A stretch of DNA of 64,000 bases from Mobula hypostoma. Lineage: Eukaryota. The notes below the pieces were generated by a model. It was given only the letters and a program-made list of their open reading frames with translations, was not told the DNA's origin and searched no databases. Shown in pieces: positions 54,301 through 61,571 of this stretch; position 1 is the stretch's first letter; every line of letters begins with the position of its first letter. The position numbers and the translations under genes were made by a program. The DNA is taken from contig NC_086107.1 in the NCBI RefSeq assembly GCF_963921235.1, forward strand, positions 105,588,001-105,652,000, read 5' to 3'.

Positions 54301-57300
54301 CAGCGTTGATCTCAATGTAGGACTGCCTTAGAGACTCCAGCTCTGGATTTTTCCCTCGGCGTTTACCCTCGGAGCCTTCCCCATGAGTGGGTATAGCCGC
54401 AGGGCAGTGAAGGTTTGAAATCAGAGTTTTCCTTCTCCGAGATGAGCTGCCAACCACAGGTGACGAGACCCATCTGTCTGAAGTGACCGGTTTTAAGGTG
54501 CCAGTAAGCCGCCTTTGCCCCTTCTCCTGTCAGTAGAAATGGTTCCGCCGGGCTTAGTAGCTAAGCCACGCGTGAAGTCCAGGAGCTGGACTTGGTTGTC
54601 AGAGGCTGTTTGAGTTGTACGCCATTGGGAGCATTTAATAGGTGGTGGGCGCATATCCCCACTACCTCCCCTGGCAATGACAACCTTGAGGAACTTGCCT
54701 ATGTGCTGTGAGGAATATATCCTTCTGATCCTTGTGTCTAAATGCCTCTTGTGCATTATAGTTGTATCTGATTCCACCACAGCCCCGGCAGCATGTCCCA
54801 GAGATCAGTGACTCTGTTAAGAAGCCATCCTCCCTCAGGTCCACATAAGCCCCTCTCCGCTCAACTCCACCCTATGCCTGAGACACAAGAGGTTGCAGGT
54901 GCTGGAATCGGGAGCAATGGACAACCTGCTGGAGGGATTCAACGGGTCGAGCAGCGCCTATCGGGGCAGGGGGAGAGGAATTGTCGACGTTTCAGGCTGA
55001 AACTCTGCATCAGGACTGGGCTGCCATCAGGCTCGACCCTCTGAGCTCCTCCAGCAGATTGTTAAACCTACGTGCGCTTGTTTCTCATATATCACTGGAA
55101 AGAGATTCTGATGTTCTACCCCCTCTGTTCCTCAACCTGTACTCTTTCATCTTAGCTTTATCAAAACATACCAGAGGCCACAGCCTCAGAAGGTGTCCTT
55201 TTAGAACAGAGGTGAACAGGAATTCCTTTAGCCAGAGAGCGGTGAATCTGTGGAATTCATTGCCACAGGTGGCTGTGGAGGTCAAGTCATTGGATATAAT
55301 AGTTAAGGCAGAGGTTGATAGGTTCTTGACTGGTCAAGGTATGAAGGGATACGGGGAGAAGACAGGAGATTGGGGCTGAGAAGGAAAATGAATGAGCCAC
55401 GATGAAATGGCGGAGCAGACTCGATGGGCCAAATGGCCTCATTCTGCCCCTATATTTTATGGTCTTATGGTCTAATACAGAGAAATGTGTCATTTGTGTC
55501 AACGCCCAACACGATCCGGATCTGCGCCCTGGGCAGCCTGCAAGTGACACCAACATAGCATGCCCACAACTCAGTACCCCTAACCCATATGTCTCTGGAA
55601 TGTGGAGGAAACCAGAGCACCTGGAGGAAACCCTCTCGGTCAAGGGAAAAGGTACAGACTCCTTACAGCGGCAAGAATTGAAACCCAATCGCCAATGGCT
55701 GGAACTGTAGTCACGTTACACTAACCAATTCTTTACCTTGCCAGCCTTAAAATACCACTTAGCCGCCTTTTCACCGAGTAAAATAATCCAAACCTATCCG
55801 AAACTCTTTCCACTCTAGAGAACATTCTGCTAAACCCTCTCTATACCCTCTATACCCTATATCAAGCAGGAAGATTGGACAATGTGATCAATGAAATGGA
55901 AAGACTAAAGATTATCATGGGAATTAGCGAAGTTTGTTGGATAGGTGCTTGAACATGTCAGATTAGAAATAATACACTAGTTCACTCTTGTGGAACATCC
56001 TATCCTAATGGAGTAGGAATTCTTATGGATGAAAACATGGCAAAAAGTGTCTTAGAATATTGGGCAAAATCAGAAAGAATGCTCCTTGTTAGATTCAGAG
56101 GACAACTATTTGATTTAGCAATTATACAGGTATATGCACCAACAACAGATGGAACAAATGAAGATATAGATAAATTCTATGAAGAGCTTGAACAAGCAAA
56201 GAATGGATGCAAATCTCAAGATACTGTTACTGTCATGGGAGATCTAAATGCTAAAGTTGGACAAGGTGCTGATGGAAATAAAAATAGGAAAATTTGGACT
56301 AGGGAAAAGAAATGAAAGAGGTGAGAAATGGGTAGAATGGTGCAAGATGAATAATCAGGTCATTATGAATACCTACTTTAAAAACCATCCAAGACGCTTG
56401 TGGACCTAGAAAAGTCCAGGTGATGACACTAGAAATCAAATTGACTTTATTACTATAAACTAAAGATTTAGAAACTCAGTGACTCAATGCAAAACATATC
56501 CAGCTGCAGACTGTAATAGTGACCATAACCCAGTAGTATGTCATGTAAGAGTAAAACTTTAAAAACTAAAGAAGCAAAAACCCGAACAATCCCTTGACTA
56601 CTTGCAATTAAGTAAAGAAGAAAACTTAAGACAAAAATTTACAATTGAGGTAAGGAATAGATTTCAAAGTCTAGAAATAGAATCTGTTGAAGATGATAGC
56701 AATCCTGTAGAAATGAAATTTAACTCTCTAAAGGATGCCTTGGTAGAATCAGCAAAGTCAGTGATTCCTAAAAGAAAAATGCACAAAGAATAAATGGATG
56801 ACAGATGAAATCAAAAATCTAATGGAAGAAAGCAAATCCTATAGAATGTAAGTCCTTAGATAAAAAAGTTAAAAGCTTAGGTCAAAAAGCCAAAGAAGAA
56901 TGGTTAAACCAGGAATGTAAGCAAACAGAAAGAATCCCTATTACTGATCCAAAAAGGTTACATCAACAAATCAAGAATATCACTGGTAAAAAGCTCCTCT
57001 GTTCTTCAGGTGGATGTTTGAAAGCAAAGGACAGTACCATTATCATGAAAAAAGATGAGATTATGAACATACGGACAGAGTATATTCAGGAATTGTCTGA
57101 AGACGATCGAGGCAAAAAACCAGAAATTAAGAAAAGCATTGAAAGTCCGAGTATTTTAAAATCTGAAGTTCGTAATGCAATAAATAAGATGAAGAAAGGA
57201 AAGGCAGCAGGTCCTGATAAATTAGTAATAGAACAAATTATTGCCCTTGAAGATTATGGAATTGAAAAACTTACTGATTTAATCAATGACATTTATGAGA

Positions 57301-60300
57301 CTGGAATAATACCAGAAGAGATGAAAAAAAAAATCAGTAGAAGTAGAATGTGAATTACATAGGACCATAAGTTTAATGCGTCATATCACCAAGATACTTC
57401 TAAGAATTTTGATGACAAGAGCTAAAAGTAAGATACAAGCTGAAATAGGTAAAGAACAATGTGGCTTTGTGAAAGACAAAGGTACAAGAACGCAATATTG
57501 ATGTTAAGGATACTATCAGAACGAGCTATTCAAGTGCAAAAAGATTTGTTTGTTTGTTTTATCGACTACACAAAAGCATTTGATAAAGTGAAGCACAATA
57601 AGTTATTTGAAATATTACAGAAAACTCTAGATCTGGATTCGAAAGACCTCCGCCTAATCAGAAATCTGTACTGGGAACAAACTACCGCTGTAAGAATAGA
57701 TGGAGAAGTGAGTCAGTTTATGAAAATCAAGAGAGGCGTTAGACAATGGTGTGTTTTCTCCCCTGATTTATTTAATGCGTACAGTGAAACAATATTACAA
57801 AAAGTAAGAGACATCTTGGGAATCAAAGTTGGCGGTGAAAACATCAATGATTTCAGATATGCAGATGACACTGTGTTAATTGCAAGTACGGAGGAAGAAC
57901 TACAAAACTTAATTGATATAATTGTTGAAGAAAGTGCAAAAATGAGTCTATCTATCAATTGCAAAAAGACAAAATGCATGGTGATATCCAAAAAGAAGGA
58001 GAATCCTATCTGCAGGCTGAGAATAAATGGGGAAGACATAAAACAAGTAAAGAACTTTTGCTACTTAGGAGGCTGGGTGACATCAGATGGCAGGTGTGAC
58101 TTGGACATCAAAAGAAGAATAGGGATGGCAAAAGACACCTTTACGAGAATGAAGAGTATACTGACCAATACTAAACTAGGCATGACAACCCGCCTCAGAG
58201 TACTGAAATGTTACGTTTATCCAGTTATGTTATATGGCTCAGAATGTTGGACAATATCTAGTAATACGAGGAAACGAATTGTAGCAGCAGAAATGTGGTT
58301 TTTGAGGAGGATGCAAAGAACATCATGGACGAAACGAATATCTAACAAGGATGTCATGAACAGAGCAAACACAAAAAGAGAAATAATGTATGAGATCATG
58401 AAAAGGCAATGTAACTTCATTGGACATGCGATTAGGAAAGAGGAGTTAGAATGAATGGTAATTATGGGAAAGATTGAAGGGAAGAAAGCAAGAGGAAGAC
58501 AAAGACAAATGATGATGAAGACAGCAGCCAGAGAACTGGAAATGAATACCAATGAATTGATCCACTTGACCCGAAACAGGAGTGTGTGGGCCATGGCAGT
58601 CAAAGCTCAAACTGGGCACGGCACCTGATGATGATGATGATGATGATAATACTCTCTGCACAAAGAGACTTCGAAATTTTAAATAAATTATTCAATGATA
58701 TATTTCGAGGAGGGGAGGAGAGAAATGATCACATGACCAAAAGCAAGGTGACTGATTGGATGAGGGTGTTACCAAGCTCCAACGGGAGGAGGAGGCTTGG
58801 GGGAACTGCGTCACTGAGCTGAACAGTCTCACCCCAGAGAGATAGACAGATTGCACAGTCTCAGCTCAGTCAGGCTCAGGGTTCAGATGTACGAGCAAAA
58901 AAAACATAAAAAATGGGATCAGGAAAAGGCCATCCGGCCCATCGAGCCTGCTCTGCTATTTAATAAGATCATGGCTGATCTGGCAGTGGACTCAGCTCCA
59001 GCTACCTGGCTTTTCCCCAGAGCCCCTTAATTCCCCTGCTATGGAAGTATCTACCCAACTGTGTCTTCAATATGTTAGATAAGGTAGCCGCTACTCCTTC
59101 CTTGGGCAGAGAATTCCACAGTTTCAACAGTCTGTAGGAAAAGCAGTTTCTCCTCATCTCTCTCCTGAATCTATTCCCTTGAATCTTGAGATTATGTTCC
59201 CAAGTTCTAGTCTGACTTATTAGTTGATACAGCTTTCCTGCCTCTATTGTATCTACCCCTTTCAAAATGTTTGTATAAGAACTCTTCTCATTCTTCAGAA
59301 CTCCAGCAAGTGTAGTCCCAGGCAACTCAATCTCTCCTCAGAGGTTAACCCCCTCACCTCCGTAATCAACCTCGCGGTTCTCCACTAAACCACTTCCACA
59401 GCCAGTATATCTTTTCTCTAGTAAGGAGACCAGAGATGCACGCAGTACTCCAGGTGTGTCCTCACCAGTACCCCTGTACAGTTGCGGCATAAATCTCTCT
59501 GCTCTTAAGTTCGACCGCTCCAGCATTGAAAACCAGCTTCAAATGGTATGCTGGATATTCATGTGGACGGGTCAGATTCTTTCTTATCAGGAGGGTCCTA
59601 GCCTGTCCATAAAGTGAACCCCGCCTCGCCTATCACAGGGCAGAAATAGGCATCCTGCTGGGGCGAAGATATCAGCCTATTCTCTACACCTGAATGCTAC
59701 CCAGCCCCAACCAACTCTGGAGATCAGTGAATTCAAACAGAGTTGAAAGCACGGTTCATCACTTCAACCTTGATGCTGCCAGTGAACTAGAAAGCAGACA
59801 AGGTGCACGAGCCAAGGCTCGTCATTAAGGAGATGCTCTGCTGCTCCGCAGGTTCCAACCTGTGGCATTCCGGCTTTCTGGGATCACCCTCCTATTTTCC
59901 AGCACCCCCCGCAACCCCCGCTGCTACTCAATATAACACCAGCACGACAAGGACCCATCTGGTATCAAAACTGTATGATATTGTTGGAGGAACACGGCAA
60001 CTAACATAGACTATAGAACAATACAGCCCTTCGGCCAACAATGTTGTGCCAAAATTTTAATCTGCTCTTGAGATCAATCTAGCCCTTCCTTCCTACATAT
60101 CATCCATGTGCCCATCTAAGCGTTTCGTTAATGTCCTAATGTATCTGCCTTTACCACTGCCCCTGGCAGGGTGTCCCATACACCCACCACTCCCTGTGTA
60201 AACATCATCTGCGTAACACCCCAGACCTCCGTCTCCCGGGGGTCCGACATTGAGGAAGGGGGGTGCACTGAACAGTGCAACGGTAAGTGGATACATTGAC

Positions 60301-61534
60301 CATCACTGGGACCCTCCTCAGAGGGGTGGGGGGGGGGGAATGAGAGCAGAACATTACTTTCGGGAGGGAGGGGAGTGACCAGAAGCTTCACGTTGTAGCT
60401 TTATCAGTTGCGGTAGATGAACAGCGAAATGCAACACAGGATTTATTAGGAACCTGCTGCCTCACTGGCTGGGTCACTGCCAACTCAGTTAGCAGTGCCA
60501 GGAGATACTGGAGCATCTTGCACAAGGGCAGGTGAAAGGCATGCCAGTAAGGACTTGCACTCTCTCTTGACTATGTCTCTGTCTCTCTCTTTTGCCAACC
60601 TGTCTATTTATCTGTCTGTCTCCCTCTCCTACCTCCATCTGTCCTTCTCTCTCTCTCTGCTCATCTCACTTGTCACCATCTGCTCTTCTCTCTCTCTTTG
60701 CCTTTCAGTCTGTTTGGCTCTGTCTCTCTGTATCTTATCCTCCCCTCTGCCTCCGTGTAACAACGCAGAAAAGGAAGCTGCAACATGGACAAAATGCAGA
60801 CAGAAAGATATTAGATCTGTCAGTCTCTATTCGTCTCTTACTTCCTCTTGCCCTGTCCAATTCTACCTCCCTCTCTCTTTTACTCAGTCTCTCTGTCTAT
60901 CTCTGTCTTGTACTGTCTGACTCTCTATCACTATTCCTCATTTACTCTCCCTCTGTATATACTGTATTCAGTGGCCACTTTATAAGTACCTCTTGTACCT
61001 AACAGAGTGGCCTCTGAGTGTATGTTTGTGGTCGTCTGCTGCTGTAGCCCGTCCACTTCAAGGTTCAATGTGTTGTTCATTCAGAGATGCTCTTCTGCAC
61101 ACCGCTGTTGCTATTTGAGTTACTGTCACCTTCCCATCAGCTTGAACCAGTCTGGCCATTCTCCTCTGACCTCTCTCGTTAACAAGGCATTTTCACCAAC
61201 AGAACTGCCCTTCACTGGATATTTTTTTGTAGTTTTTCTCACCATTTTCTGTAAGCTCTAGAGACTGCTGTGCGTGAAAATCCCAGGAGATCAGCAGTTT
61301 CTGAGATACTCAAACCACCCCATCTGGCACCGACAATCATTCCACAGTCAAAGTCACTTCCCCATTCTGATGTTTGGTCTGAACAACAACCGAACCTCTT
61401 GACCTTGTCTGCATGCTTTTATGCATTGAGTTGCTACCAAATGATTGACTGATAAGATATTTGCATTTGTGAGCAGGTGTACAGGAGTACCTAATAAAGT
61501 GGCTACTCAGTGTGTCAGGAAAATGTTTTTGGAA

Positions 61535-61571
<37 letters not shown>

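Noticed and set aside
57459..58454. 331-aa ORF as a host gene
   Set aside because: It is the reverse transcriptase region of a disrupted RTE LINE.
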